From an uncultured virus (IMG/VR IMGVR_UViG_3300014205_009008) (taxonomy: Duplodnaviria; Heunggongvirae; Uroviricota; Caudoviricetes): a stretch of DNA of 64,000 nucleotides. Of the stretch, positions 31,378-41,492 are shown in pieces. The notes under the pieces were generated by a model that ran no database searches, was not told the origin of the DNA, and saw nothing but the letters and a program-made list of their open reading frames with translations. How positions within the stretch are numbered: position 1 is the first letter of the stretch; each line of letters starts with the position of its first letter. The stretch lies in the IMG/VR virus record IMGVR_UViG_3300014205_009008; one strand, given 5' to 3'. Made by a program: the position numbers and the translations under genes.

Positions 31378-32778
31378 ATGTCACCTTTAAAACAACTACA
31401 GGTACTGGAAACCCTACTGAAAAGTAAGAACAAAAGCATCCAAGAGCTTGCCAGAATCAAACGGGCAGAACTGGTAGCACCTATTGCTCAAAAGGAAAAT
31501 ACACTCAAATTGCGCAAGGCAGCAAAGACTGGCACATTGCATAAGTTACCAAAAGGACTATTTACACTAGATAACCTGTTGGGACCCATAATTTCCGATA
31601 CAGTCTTACACACAGCCGCAAGGTATGGGTACCTTGACCAAATACCAGAAGAGTTCATTACGGAGCGCAATCTGTTAATCCACAACCGGGAAGGAAATAC
31701 CCCGCTGCATCTATGTGCAGAACACGGACATCTAGATCAGATACCAAAAGAGATTTTAACACCTACCAACCTGCTAATTAAAAACCCACAAAACGGACAA
31801 TGCCCATTTAAACTAGCGGCAAGCAACAAACATGTAGACCAATTACCGCCAGCCAGCGTGGAAGCCCTACTTTCAGTTGATGTTATGGAAGGTAGTAACG
31901 GTCTGCATGCAATCGTATTTGGCGGATGCTTGGATCAGATTTCCTCATCGTTGTTGACGGAGAAAAACGTCTTATCCAGATCAGAACCAGAAGGATGTAC
32001 CATCCTGCACTGGCTGGCCTGCGAAGGGGACCTACACCAAGTACCCAAAGAAATGCTCTCGCTAAAAAACTTGCTGCTACAAAACAGTCATGGAGATACC
32101 GCGCTCCATTACGTAGCCGAACATGGCAGTTTTTGGCCAATTCCAAAACAACTTATCACCATAGAAAATCTAATGGCAAGAAATAAAGCTGGTGACACAG
32201 TCTTCCACGCATTTGCCAGCCACGGCAAACTGCACAAGTTACCGCCACATTTATTAACCACAGAATCTCTCTTAGCAAAAAATGTCGCAGGTCTTACGCC
32301 TATATATGTAGCCGCCAAAGCCGGTATTATAACTCAAGTCCCAAAGAAGTTTATCACGCAAGATGTACTACTGGAACGCGATAAAGAAGGATTAAACACA
32401 ATATTCAATGTAGTTATAGCAGGACAACTACGGTACATCCCAAAAGAACTCCTTACTGTGGAAATTATGATCACCCCAGCTTTTGATAAGGGGGAGACAC
32501 CATTACACCGAGCGGCATACATGGGGCATCTTAAACAACTGCCGCCAGAATTATTGACTGCAACTAACTTGCTCGTTAAAGATAAAACAGGGGCCACTCC
32601 GATTGACTTTGCATTTGAAGGCGATCACGCTGACCAGCTACTTGATGTTGACTTTTCCGACAGCCAAGCTGTCCGTAAAATAGTTGGAGAAGAATGGTGG
32701 CAGAAGAATCAAAGGGCTGTTTTCGGCAAGAAAAACCTTACCGTTACAGCACAAACCATAGAAGTAGATATATTCTAA
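31378..32778 (+). CDS. Ankyrin-repeat protein with WW/DIF tail (tandem paralogue)
   Basis: Same N-terminal LLKSKN...KLRKAAK cap as the preceding gene; ends GEEWW...EVDIF. Confidence 0.9.
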   Translation: MSPLKQLQVLETLLKSKNKSIQELARIKRAELVAPIAQKENTLKLRKAAKTGTLHKLPKGLFTLDNLLGPIISDTVLHTAARYGYLDQIPEEFITERNLLIHNREGNTPLHLCAEHGHLDQIPKEILTPTNLLIKNPQNGQCPFKLAASNKHVDQLPPASVEALLSVDVMEGSNGLHAIVFGGCLDQISSSLLTEKNVLSRSEPEGCTILHWLACEGDLHQVPKEMLSLKNLLLQNSHGDTALHYVAEHGSFWPIPKQLITIENLMARNKAGDTVFHAFASHGKLHKLPPHLLTTESLLAKNVAGLTPIYVAAKAGIITQVPKKFITQDVLLERDKEGLNTIFNVVIAGQLRYIPKELLTVEIMITPAFDKGETPLHRAAYMGHLKQLPPELLTATNLLVKDKTGATPIDFAFEGDHADQLLDVDFSDSQAVRKIVGEEWWQKNQRAVFGKKNLTVTAQTIEVDIF

Positions 32779-33377
32779 TGCCAGCAACACTTTTCAACAT
32801 GCCCGATCAAGGTTACACTGCACACCACATAGCTGCATGGACTGGCACGCTACACCGGCTGCCAAAAAAGGAACTCACCTTAGAAAACCTTACAGCGAAA
32901 AGTAAAAGCGGCTATACACCTTTAAGGTTTGCAGCTGAAAATAAGTATTTAAACCAAATCCCAACGGAGATACTACTCGAAGAAAACCTTATACCGGGAA
33001 CAACAATTTTACATTGGGCGGCAAAATACGGGTATTTGAGTCAGCTGCCAAAAGAAATCTTCACTCGGAAAGCACTGCGTTCGGAGGACAGAAATGGGGA
33101 GACACCATTCCATATGGCGGCTTGGACAGGGCACCTAAAGCAATTCCCGCGAGAACTCTTAACTCCCGAGAACCTACTATACAAAGGAAGCGCTATCCCA
33201 GCACCACTTCAGTTAATCACCACACATATAGATGACTTGCTAGGCATAGATTTTTGCGGAAACCAAGAAGTCCGAGAAATGGTTGGCGAGGACTGGTGGC
33301 ACAAGAATATCCAAGTAATAAAAGCCATGGAAGAATTGTCCAAGCCATACCGTAAAGTGGAAATTGAACTATTCTAA
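32778..33377 (+). CDS. Ankyrin-repeat protein with WW/ELF tail
   Basis: GETPFHMAAWTG; ends GEDWW...EIELF. Confidence 0.85.
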   Translation: MPATLFNMPDQGYTAHHIAAWTGTLHRLPKKELTLENLTAKSKSGYTPLRFAAENKYLNQIPTEILLEENLIPGTTILHWAAKYGYLSQLPKEIFTRKALRSEDRNGETPFHMAAWTGHLKQFPRELLTPENLLYKGSAIPAPLQLITTHIDDLLGIDFCGNQEVREMVGEDWWHKNIQVIKAMEELSKPYRKVEIELF

Positions 33378-33398
33378 TTTAAAAAAAAACATAAATTT

Positions 33399-33830
33399 AT
33401 GCAGGCCACACTTAGTCAAAAACTACATCACCGTGTTAGGTTACTGGGGCCTTGCACAGGACCAATATTTGTTATAGGCATAGTACCTTTGGTTTTTGCA
33501 TTCACCGTCAATCCATCATTTGCTTTCCTCTCGGTACTTATAGCACTCATCGGGGTAGTTATATGGGAGCAAAATCAAAGTCAGGTCAGTCTTATCCTAG
33601 AAATCCTCCAATCTCAGGAATGGATGATTACAGACGCCAAAGCCGACCAAACAGGCCCAACAGAGATCACCTTGCTACTACCAGAGGTCACCAGTCAGAC
33701 AAATATAATGGGGAAATCTGTATCAGCAAAAATACCAGCAAAGACAGTATCTGTCTCTGGCCCACTTTTAAAACTTCTAATAGATAACTCCGATAGTTCA
33801 ACCTTCAAACTGCCAACAGTAAAGGTATAA
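33399..33830 (+). CDS. Hypothetical membrane protein
   Basis: Two hydrophobic segments. Confidence 0.5.
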   Translation: MQATLSQKLHHRVRLLGPCTGPIFVIGIVPLVFAFTVNPSFAFLSVLIALIGVVIWEQNQSQVSLILEILQSQEWMITDAKADQTGPTEITLLLPEVTSQTNIMGKSVSAKIPAKTVSVSGPLLKLLIDNSDSSTFKLPTVKV

Positions 33831-33838
33831 AACACCAA

Positions 33839-33914
33839 GGTCCTGTAGCTCAATGGTTAGAGCAGTCGGCTCATAACCGATTGGTTGGGGGTTCAAGTCC
33901 CTCCAGGACCACCA
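33839..33914 (+). tRNA. tRNA with CAT anticodon, probably Ile2 (lysidine type)
   Basis: Acceptor GGTCCTG/CAGGACC, anticodon arm GTCGG-CTCATAA-CCGAT and encoded CCA. The body resembles bacterial Ile2 and lacks the initiator GGG/CCC stem. Confidence 0.85.
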
Positions 33915-33926
33915 AAACATAAATTC

Positions 33927-34175
33927 ATGCAAAAGGAACCTGTTGAACAGATACTAGTCATCCAAATTGAGGGTAGTGCCGGGGAAGAACCAAGAGATGT
34001 TGGTGGAATAAGGACTAAGCTCTCAGACAACAGGGTAGAAGAGCTTTGGGACACTTGGAGGGAAGACAATGACACAGATCCAGAGGCTTTCGTCGCGTGG
34101 CTTATCAAAGAAAAGAAAGCAACAGCAATACAGGCATGCACACTCGTACTACCAGACGAAGATGCGGAGGATTAG
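33927..34175 (+). CDS. Hypothetical protein
   Basis: Start follows AAACATAAATTC. Confidence 0.5.
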   Translation: MQKEPVEQILVIQIEGSAGEEPRDVGGIRTKLSDNRVEELWDTWREDNDTDPEAFVAWLIKEKKATAIQACTLVLPDEDAED

Positions 34176-34222
34176 GACAAGTTTGTAACAATAAAGAAAT
34201 CGGAAGAAAACGCCAATCAATA

Positions 34223-34903
34223 ATGGAAACCAAACTAATAGCAACAACGCCATACATCTCCCTCAAACAAAGAGGTAACTGGGCATTTGCAAGCCGCTCC
34301 AAAGGCAGAGGTGCAGTAGGCATCATTGCCATCACCAACGATAACAAAGTCGTCCTAGTTGAGCAGTACAGGATCCCACACGAAAAATTTGCCGTAGAAC
34401 TACCAGCAGGGTTGTTGGGCGACGAGATTGAAGGGGAGACCCCGCTGGAAGCAGCTCACAAGGAACTCCTCGAGGAAACAGGGTACAAAGCAGGAACAAT
34501 GGAACCATTTGGAAACCCAGTCTGCAGCTCGGCAGGGCTATCCGATGAAACACTACAGCTCTTCGTCGCCACCAATCTGGAAAAAGTACACAATGGCGGT
34601 GGCGTTGGTTCGGAAAAAATAGTTGTGCATGAAGTACCGCTCTCCAATTACTACGAGTGGGTTTTCTCCCCACAGCAAGCAACAAAGATTATAGACACGA
34701 AAGTCATCGCGATACCTGGCATCCTAGCAGCGCTACACCAAGCAAAGGACCAAAACTCAGAATTTCTTAAACAGGTACTTAAAGTAGCTGTCATGACAGC
34801 CGGTGGCGAACTGGAAATAAACCCCAAGTTTGTGGAGGAAGCATACGAAGATAAAGGCAGACTCCTTATCGGCGACGGCAAAGTAGTAATCCTCTCAACC
34901 TAA
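34223..34903 (+). CDS. Nudix hydrolase (ADP-ribose pyrophosphatase-like)
   Basis: VLVEQYR, ELPAG and a Nudix box GETPLEAAHKELLEETGY. Confidence 0.9.
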   Translation: METKLIATTPYISLKQRGNWAFASRSKGRGAVGIIAITNDNKVVLVEQYRIPHEKFAVELPAGLLGDEIEGETPLEAAHKELLEETGYKAGTMEPFGNPVCSSAGLSDETLQLFVATNLEKVHNGGGVGSEKIVVHEVPLSNYYEWVFSPQQATKIIDTKVIAIPGILAALHQAKDQNSEFLKQVLKVAVMTAGGELEINPKFVEEAYEDKGRLLIGDGKVVILST

Positions 34904-35342
34904 ATCGCTACGCGTTAAATAACCAAAACATCATGCAAATGGACAAGCTCAAAGAATTCATTGATTCACGCGTCAAGGCAGTTAAAGAGGCTCCAGAGAG
35001 GCGAGGACAGTTTCTTGTTGATTCATTCAAAGATCACTGTATGGGAGCAGTCTACTTTGCCAAGGACGCAGGTATCATCGACACAATCGATGAAAGGCGC
35101 ATGATGAATTATGTCAGTGCCCAATTCGATATCTTGGAGCAAGAATTTGAAGCATGAGCGGGATCACCTTTCAATCCGATCACGACAAGGACGATTGCCC
35201 GCATGTTATCATGATTCTATCCAACGGTAGGGCAGTTGCCGACCTTGGAAGGGGAATGGATTGCAGTGATGCTGAATGGGAAGAGCTGCGCAATCGGATA
35301 CAGGCTAGTTTTCCCCAAAAACAAATTGAAGAATTAACGTAA

Positions 35343-35425
35343 GCTGGTGTGGCGGAACGGTATACGCAGCAGACTTAAAATCTGCTGGAGGTAACTTCAT
35401 GTGGGTTCGAATCCCACCACCAGCA
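35343..35425 (+). tRNA. tRNA-Leu(TAA)
   Basis: Acceptor GCTGGTG/CACCAGC, anticodon arm GCAGA-CTTAAAA-TCTGC, long variable arm; CCA not encoded. Confidence 0.9.
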
Positions 35426-35527
35426 TCCCTTTATTCTTTGCTCTAAAGATACCAGTTTGGGTACAGCATTTGAAGATTTCCAGCCTTACCTAGCTTAATA
35501 AGAATTGAAGCGGTAGCAACCCCAAGG

Positions 35528-35557
35528 TTGACATGCATTACCTAAAAGCGCTATCCT
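35528..35557 (+). promoter_or_regulatory. sigma70-type promoter, leaderless spacing
   Basis: TTGACA-N18-TATCCT; 5 nt to the ATG at 35563. Confidence 0.65.
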
Positions 35558-35562
35558 AGTCA

Positions 35563-36744
35563 ATGACTTCGTGGCATGAACGCGCTAAAAATGGGCAGTT
35601 GCATACACTGCCACACAGCGACCTTGCAGTGCTGATAATTAAAGATGCTGAGGGTAAAACCCCAATGCATTTAGCTATTGAATCGGGGTATTTCGATAGC
35701 ATCCCATCAAACTTCATAACAGAGAGAACCATGGTGACTAGGAACGAATTTGGGGAAACGCCACTACACCTAGCAATTAACAAAGGTTTTGCTGGAAAAT
35801 TGACATCATTTATGACTCCCGAGTACCTACTGCTTCGGGACAAAGCCAATAGAACCGTGTTTCATGCTCTCGTAGAAGCTGGGACAGTCAATTACGCACC
35901 AAAGTCCTTTCTAACAGAAGATCATTATCTAATTAAGGACTCGAGAGAAAACACCCCTCTGCACATGGCAGCCTCTAGCGGCCACTTGGATCAGGTTCCA
36001 GCACAAATATTACGTGAGCACATCACAACTGCTAAAAACGATTATGGGCGCACTGCGCTTCAGATAGCAGCCATGGAAAATCACTTGGACCAAGTTCCAA
36101 TAGATATACTAACAGTTGAAAATCTAGCTACGGCTGACAAAGCTGGGTGGACGTCACTTCATAATGCGGCGGCACGGGGGTACCTGAATCATATACCACT
36201 TCCAGTGCTAAGCTCGAAAGCAATGCTAATGCCACTACCCAACGGCGATACGCCATTCCATCTCGCAGCACAAAATGATGAACTGGATAAATTCCCAGAG
36301 GAAATACTCACAGCAAAGAATCTACTCCATATCAGTGATGTCCCTGGAAATAAATTTAGGAATACGGCGTTTCATTGGGCAGCTGTAAGTGGACATCTAA
36401 ATCAAATTCCTGTAGATCTTCTGACCAAAGAAAACCTACTAATGCGAAATAAGCGAGGTGTATCACCGCTAATGTATGCAGCTCGAGAAGGAATACTTGC
36501 GCAAGTACCAAGTGAGCGGCTGGTGGCTGAAAGCCTTATGGAAAAGGATGACGATGGAATAACATCGCTGCAATACGCAGTATTACGGGGGGAGCTAGGT
36601 CTCCTTTTGGGAGTGGATTTTTCAGACTATCCAGAAGCGCGCAAGATAGTAGGAAACGAGTGGTGGGAACAAAATGAAACGGTCACTAAGCATAAGGAAG
36701 AACTGAATAGCACAGTCGAGGTCATTGACATTGATATATTTTAA
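35563..36744 (+). CDS. Ankyrin-repeat protein with WW/DIF tail
   Basis: GETPLHLA-type repeats; ends GNEWW...DIDIF. Confidence 0.9.
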   Translation: MTSWHERAKNGQLHTLPHSDLAVLIIKDAEGKTPMHLAIESGYFDSIPSNFITERTMVTRNEFGETPLHLAINKGFAGKLTSFMTPEYLLLRDKANRTVFHALVEAGTVNYAPKSFLTEDHYLIKDSRENTPLHMAASSGHLDQVPAQILREHITTAKNDYGRTALQIAAMENHLDQVPIDILTVENLATADKAGWTSLHNAAARGYLNHIPLPVLSSKAMLMPLPNGDTPFHLAAQNDELDKFPEEILTAKNLLHISDVPGNKFRNTAFHWAAVSGHLNQIPVDLLTKENLLMRNKRGVSPLMYAAREGILAQVPSERLVAESLMEKDDDGITSLQYAVLRGELGLLLGVDFSDYPEARKIVGNEWWEQNETVTKHKEELNSTVEVIDIDIF

Positions 36745-37739
36745 AAGATATCCATTTCAGCCATATCAGTAGCCTCTGACAATCCAGCTTTCTCAGCCTT
36801 AACCTGATCGCTTCTCACCTTCCAGTCAGGTCCTAACTTGTCCTCAAGATTCTCAGGTAGTTCCACGCCAAGCAAGGCGTCCTCACGTTTAAATCTCCGA
36901 AAAACTGTTATCACGTCACCGGCAGCCTCGACATTCCACATATCTTTCGTCATTCTAGGCAACAGCAAAGACAATCCAGTCATATTATGACCGGCACATA
37001 TAGTCATTAATGGCAAAATATCAGAATCCAAAATATACTCCTTTACAAGATGCAACTGGTTACACTTAGCAGCAAAATGCAGCGGAGTTACACCTTTGCT
37101 ATTTGAGACATGTAACATCTCACCATCAACAACTGGGAAAACCGCAGAATTATTGTTTGGGCCAGCTACCTCCTCTTGAAGGTCAAGAAGAAGACCAATC
37201 TGCCCCCATTTTGCAAACTGATGCAACACAGTCTCACTTTTCTCACTCTTTTGTGATCTAAGCAATAAGTTTTTCTTCGTAATGTAGGGGCGTATAGTTT
37301 CGAATATACTCGAGCTAAGCTCCTTAGCCTCATCATCGGTAAATCTACTCTGCGACAGGGTCTGCTTGTTAGAGCGTAGAAACCCAAAGTTTACAACAGC
37401 GGCGTGAAAAGGTGTATACCAATCATCCTTTCCAGGTGTCTTGGTCAACATTGCCTCTGTGATATACGGCTTGACTATTGGAAACCATTTGGAGTTAAAA
37501 GCATAGTTAAGCGGGAAGTTCCCGCTAGAATTTACTGAATGGACCAGACCATGTTTTAGCACCACAGCAGGTATCCCACCTCCTTTATACTTCCTCAGGC
37601 TGTGGGCCTTTAGTTGTCTTGGGCTCTTTTTGGAAGTATCCATCAACCCCAGAGTGGAATGCAAGAAGGATTCGCCCGTAACATCGTTAACCTTTGTCCA
37701 CGCCTCAAATACAATAGCCTCCTCTCTTGACATCACCAT
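36741..37739 (-). CDS. Divergent ankyrin-repeat protein with DIF tail
   Basis: GVTPLHFAA; ends LLGVEL...EMDIF. TTGACG-N17-TATACT lies 5 nt before the ATG at 37739. Confidence 0.8.
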   Translation of the reverse strand: MVMSREEAIVFEAWTKVNDVTGESFLHSTLGLMDTSKKSPRQLKAHSLRKYKGGGIPAVVLKHGLVHSVNSSGNFPLNYAFNSKWFPIVKPYITEAMLTKTPGKDDWYTPFHAAVVNFGFLRSNKQTLSQSRFTDDEAKELSSSIFETIRPYITKKNLLLRSQKSEKSETVLHQFAKWGQIGLLLDLQEEVAGPNNNSAVFPVVDGEMLHVSNSKGVTPLHFAAKCNQLHLVKEYILDSDILPLMTICAGHNMTGLSLLLPRMTKDMWNVEAAGDVITVFRRFKREDALLGVELPENLEDKLGPDWKVRSDQVKAEKAGLSEATDMAEMDIF

Positions 37740-37799
37740 ACTGCAGTATACCAAACCACTGATGACACGTCAACCAATCCACCAAAACATAAATTCAGC

Positions 37800-38213
37800 A
37801 TGACAGCCGCCGAATTATTGAGTAATGGAGTCCAATTGCTAGGGTGCAAGGGAATGGACACGATGCAGAACATTGTTAACCTGCGTATGGCGGCACGTAT
37901 GCAGTGGGAGCGGGAGGAGATGGGGGGGCTAGAGCACGTCCAGTTTGCATACAGGAACGGCACACCGATTGTACCTATTGGACACTGCGGACACCCATTA
38001 GAGTTAGTTAAACGCGGATACATCGATGGCAAGGGGTGGCCCAAAGAAGTGGAGACACCGAACATTAAGCTATCCAAGTGGCCAGACGGCAACCATTGGT
38101 ACGCATATGTAGACGGGCAAGAGGTCATAGAAAACGGCAATCACAAATGGAATACTCCAGATGAAGCAGAAAAAGCCGCCTTGAGGTACTTAGCGAAGAA
38201 AACAAAATCCTGA
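37800..38213 (+). CDS. Hypothetical protein
   Basis: ORF after AAACATAAATT. Confidence 0.5.
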   Translation: MTAAELLSNGVQLLGCKGMDTMQNIVNLRMAARMQWEREEMGGLEHVQFAYRNGTPIVPIGHCGHPLELVKRGYIDGKGWPKEVETPNIKLSKWPDGNHWYAYVDGQEVIENGNHKWNTPDEAEKAALRYLAKKTKS

Positions 38214-39168
38214 ACAACCAAATTTTCACCATGCCAACTAAAACTCTACCCAGAAATTCAGCAAAACCTTTGAAAGGCAAACCCTTCCAAGATTTGCAAG
38301 CCATCCACGAGAAACCCATCACGTCACCTTGGTATGGGAATAACGCCCAAGTAACCCCCTACCTCCTTCCACTACAATTCGGGGATGGAGAGCAAAAGGT
38401 AATCCTATCCTTTCCATCCTACCCTTCGATATGTGTCCTTGTCCTATTCGACTCCAACCTGCCGCAGGATCTACCAATGGAAGAACGATGTGCAGAATCA
38501 GAGACTATACGCTGTTTCCGCGATGCTCTGGATGAAATTTACGAAGGATGTCGCGATATCTATCTCCCTGAAGAAAAGGAAAAACAAATCTCCTTAGTTG
38601 CAGAATGCGAGCCAGACGAGTTCGAAGCTTGGCAAGAAATCACCAGAGACGGAAGTTGTTGGTGCTAAGAACATAAAAGTGTGAGAAAACAACCAAAATC
38701 TTGGAAGTCAGCCAAACGGCCATGTAATGCCGAACCAGGTTATAAGTATTTTAGAGTCAAGTGTAGCACAAGGATGTCCGAAAAATTAGATAACTACGAC
38801 CCACAAAGAAAAGGAACCCACAGCTTTGGCAGTAGATTTTGGGAAAGCTATACGTTTGAAAACGAAAACTGGTGGAAATCCTTCCGCCAAAAAGACCAAG
38901 CTTACGTACATCCTCCGCAATACTTAGTTATCTACGGGCTTCCGACGAATGCAACCCTTGTCGTTCTCAGATACCCCCATGGGCTTAACTGGAAAAAAGT
39001 ACTACCACAACTGCACAAAGTAGCATTGGAGTATGACCGGCGGCTCATGCCTGGAAAACGCGAAAGGGCTCATATTGAAGGAAGCGAGAAGAAGATCTGG
39101 GCAAGCAAACTATTCACCAGCTACGACTGGGTCAAAGACAAATTTATCAAAGTGAAAGAAGGAAAGGA

Positions 39169-39852
39169 ATGAAACCAAAACGCATCATACTAGTACGCCA
39201 CGGGGAATCCGATGGGAATGTCAACAAAAATATCTATGCATACAAGCCCGATTACGCACTTGTACTCACAGAAAAAGGCAAGATGCAAGCACGTCTAGCT
39301 GGGGATAGCGTATGGCGCAGGATTGGGAACGAGACTATCATGTTCTATGTTTCATCCTTCCACCGCACTAGGATGACAGCACAGGAGATGTTCAAAGCCT
39401 TTGACCGTAATCTAATCCAGATGCGCGAGGATCCTCGATTGCGCGAACAAGAATGGTCCGGCGCTCTAAGGGTTGGAATGACCTCGGAGAGCCAGAAGGA
39501 GATGGAAGCAGAACGCGACGCTTACGGCCACTTCTACTTCAGGTTCAAAGGTGGCGAATCCTGCGCCGATGTCTACGACAGGTTAAGCACATTTCTCGAC
39601 ACACTGCACAGGGACTTTGAGAAGCCGAACTTTCCAGAAAATGTCTGCATTGTAACCCACGGGATGACGGTGCGCGTACTTCTAATGAGATGGTTCCACA
39701 TGACTGTGGAGGAGTTCGAGCGACTGCGCAACCCACACAATTGCGCTCAGATTGTAATGGAATTACAGGATGACGGGAAATACAAGATCGTGACACCTCT
39801 AGTAAAATACGACAAGCCATCACACCCATACCAGATGCCACCAGATGAATGA
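39169..39852 (+). CDS. Histidine phosphatase (phosphoglycerate mutase family)
   Basis: LVRHGES, DPRLREQ, GGES and IVTHG. Confidence 0.92.
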   Translation: MKPKRIILVRHGESDGNVNKNIYAYKPDYALVLTEKGKMQARLAGDSVWRRIGNETIMFYVSSFHRTRMTAQEMFKAFDRNLIQMREDPRLREQEWSGALRVGMTSESQKEMEAERDAYGHFYFRFKGGESCADVYDRLSTFLDTLHRDFEKPNFPENVCIVTHGMTVRVLLMRWFHMTVEEFERLRNPHNCAQIVMELQDDGKYKIVTPLVKYDKPSHPYQMPPDE

Positions 39853-40606
39853 AATGCAAACCAAGAGAAACTACATAGGAGTTACAGGGTTTAGAGACAG
39901 GCAAGAGATAGAGGAGATCTCCAAATTTGCCGATCAACTCGAATCAAAGTGTAGGGTGCATTATGGGGTTATGACCGGCAGAAAGAAACTATCGGATATC
40001 CCATCAAAGTACTCACATAGCTTTTTAAGCTATGAAGCATTGGATAACATTTTCCCAGCAGCAACTGAGTCGACAATGAATTGCGTGCACTATGCCGATT
40101 ACGGAGAAGATGTGGACCCGCTAATAACGATGGGAATACTAGCCAAAATATGCTTCTACTGTAACAACATGCAAGCACTTCAACTGGATATGGTACTTCC
40201 ATCAGAAAAGGCAATAAACCCAATTGTAACAATGTTTCCCCATATCGAAGTCATTCTCCAGATTAATCCAGAAACACTGGCACAAAAGACTACAGAACAA
40301 CTCAAGGAATATCTGAACGGTTTCATAAGGGTGGATTGGCTGCTGTTTGATCAGTCAAAAGGAACCGGTAAAAAAGGTGACCCAGCACAAATGGAAAAGT
40401 TTATCAACGATTTCCCAGAATACCGCGTAGCTTTAGCTGGTGGACTTGGCCCAGAAACACTAACCGTCCTTGGACCGCTGCAAGGGAAGACCAGCATAGA
40501 TGCACAGGGCAGACTTACTAGAGCAGGAGAAGATCAATTTAACCCGTATCTTGACCTTGCCAAGGTCAAAGCATACTTACAAACATCCACACAAGCATAT
40601 GGGTAA
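39845..40606 (+). CDS. Phosphoribosylanthranilate-isomerase-like TIM barrel
   Basis: IGVTG, LLFDQSKGTG, ALAGGLGPE and SIDAQG. Confidence 0.65.
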   Translation: MNEMQTKRNYIGVTGFRDRQEIEEISKFADQLESKCRVHYGVMTGRKKLSDIPSKYSHSFLSYEALDNIFPAATESTMNCVHYADYGEDVDPLITMGILAKICFYCNNMQALQLDMVLPSEKAINPIVTMFPHIEVILQINPETLAQKTTEQLKEYLNGFIRVDWLLFDQSKGTGKKGDPAQMEKFINDFPEYRVALAGGLGPETLTVLGPLQGKTSIDAQGRLTRAGEDQFNPYLDLAKVKAYLQTSTQAYG

Positions 40607-40909
40607 GCCACGAACATGGAAAATGTGGGCCTACGATTTTGGCCCAGATAAGGAGTTCCCAGAACACCTGTATATGTACCTTGGGGAGAAATGGTGGGTT
40701 GAGCTTCACGGGCTAGAGGAACCGCTCGTTGAAGTACTGGTTACAGAGGATCCGGAAGGTCCGTATTACGGCTGGCTCGAAACAGGAGAGGAGCAGCCAA
40801 GCATGATATGGCCCAGTAAAATACAATTTACCATGTGCTTTCCATACGGGCCAAAAGTCGAAGAAGAACGCGACAAAGGAGTCAGCCTCCGATTTAATAT
40901 CAACAACGC

Positions 40910-41491
40910 ATGAACCTGAACATTGTCACCCTTTGTGACGAAATCCCAGACGAGAAAGTTCAGTACGCGGAACCCATTGATCTTATCTTCTGTCTGGGAG
41001 ACATTGAGGATTATTGGTTAAGTCAAAGGATTACAGAGCTCAAACCAGCATTTGGGGTATTGGGCATCAAAGGAAACCACGATAGTGCAGGTTCACTTAT
41101 ACACAGCAGGGCTGACATAAGTTTTCAGCAGCAAACCATTGACCTGAGAGGAAAGTCGCTAACATTCTTTGGAATACCAGGCAGTTGGAAATATAAGCCT
41201 TTTGGGCACTGGCTCTACACACAAGAGGAAATGCAGGAGAAATTGACCTCTATTCCAAGGGTAGACTTCGTCTTATCCCACAACAGCCCAGCTAATATCG
41301 GACACGAGCGCAGAGGGGAAACCATGCCAGATGGCGTGCATCAAGGGTTTCAAGCACTTACCGACTATATAGCATCGCACCAGCCTAAGTTTCTATTCCA
41401 CGGACACCAACACGCAAGAAAAATATCTCACATTGTGGGCACTACGGTCGTAGGCTGCTTTGGAGAGGAACTCCACTCAATCTCCATCTAA
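40910..41491 (+). CDS. Calcineurin-like metallophosphoesterase
   Basis: CLGD, KGNHD, LSHNSP and FHGHQH. Confidence 0.85.
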   Translation: MNLNIVTLCDEIPDEKVQYAEPIDLIFCLGDIEDYWLSQRITELKPAFGVLGIKGNHDSAGSLIHSRADISFQQQTIDLRGKSLTFFGIPGSWKYKPFGHWLYTQEEMQEKLTSIPRVDFVLSHNSPANIGHERRGETMPDGVHQGFQALTDYIASHQPKFLFHGHQHARKISHIVGTTVVGCFGEELHSISI

Positions 41492-41492
41492 C

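Noticed and set aside
29915..33377. Diversity-generating retroelement acting on the ankyrin genes
   Set aside because: No reverse transcriptase and no near-identical TR/VR pair differing at adenines were seen.
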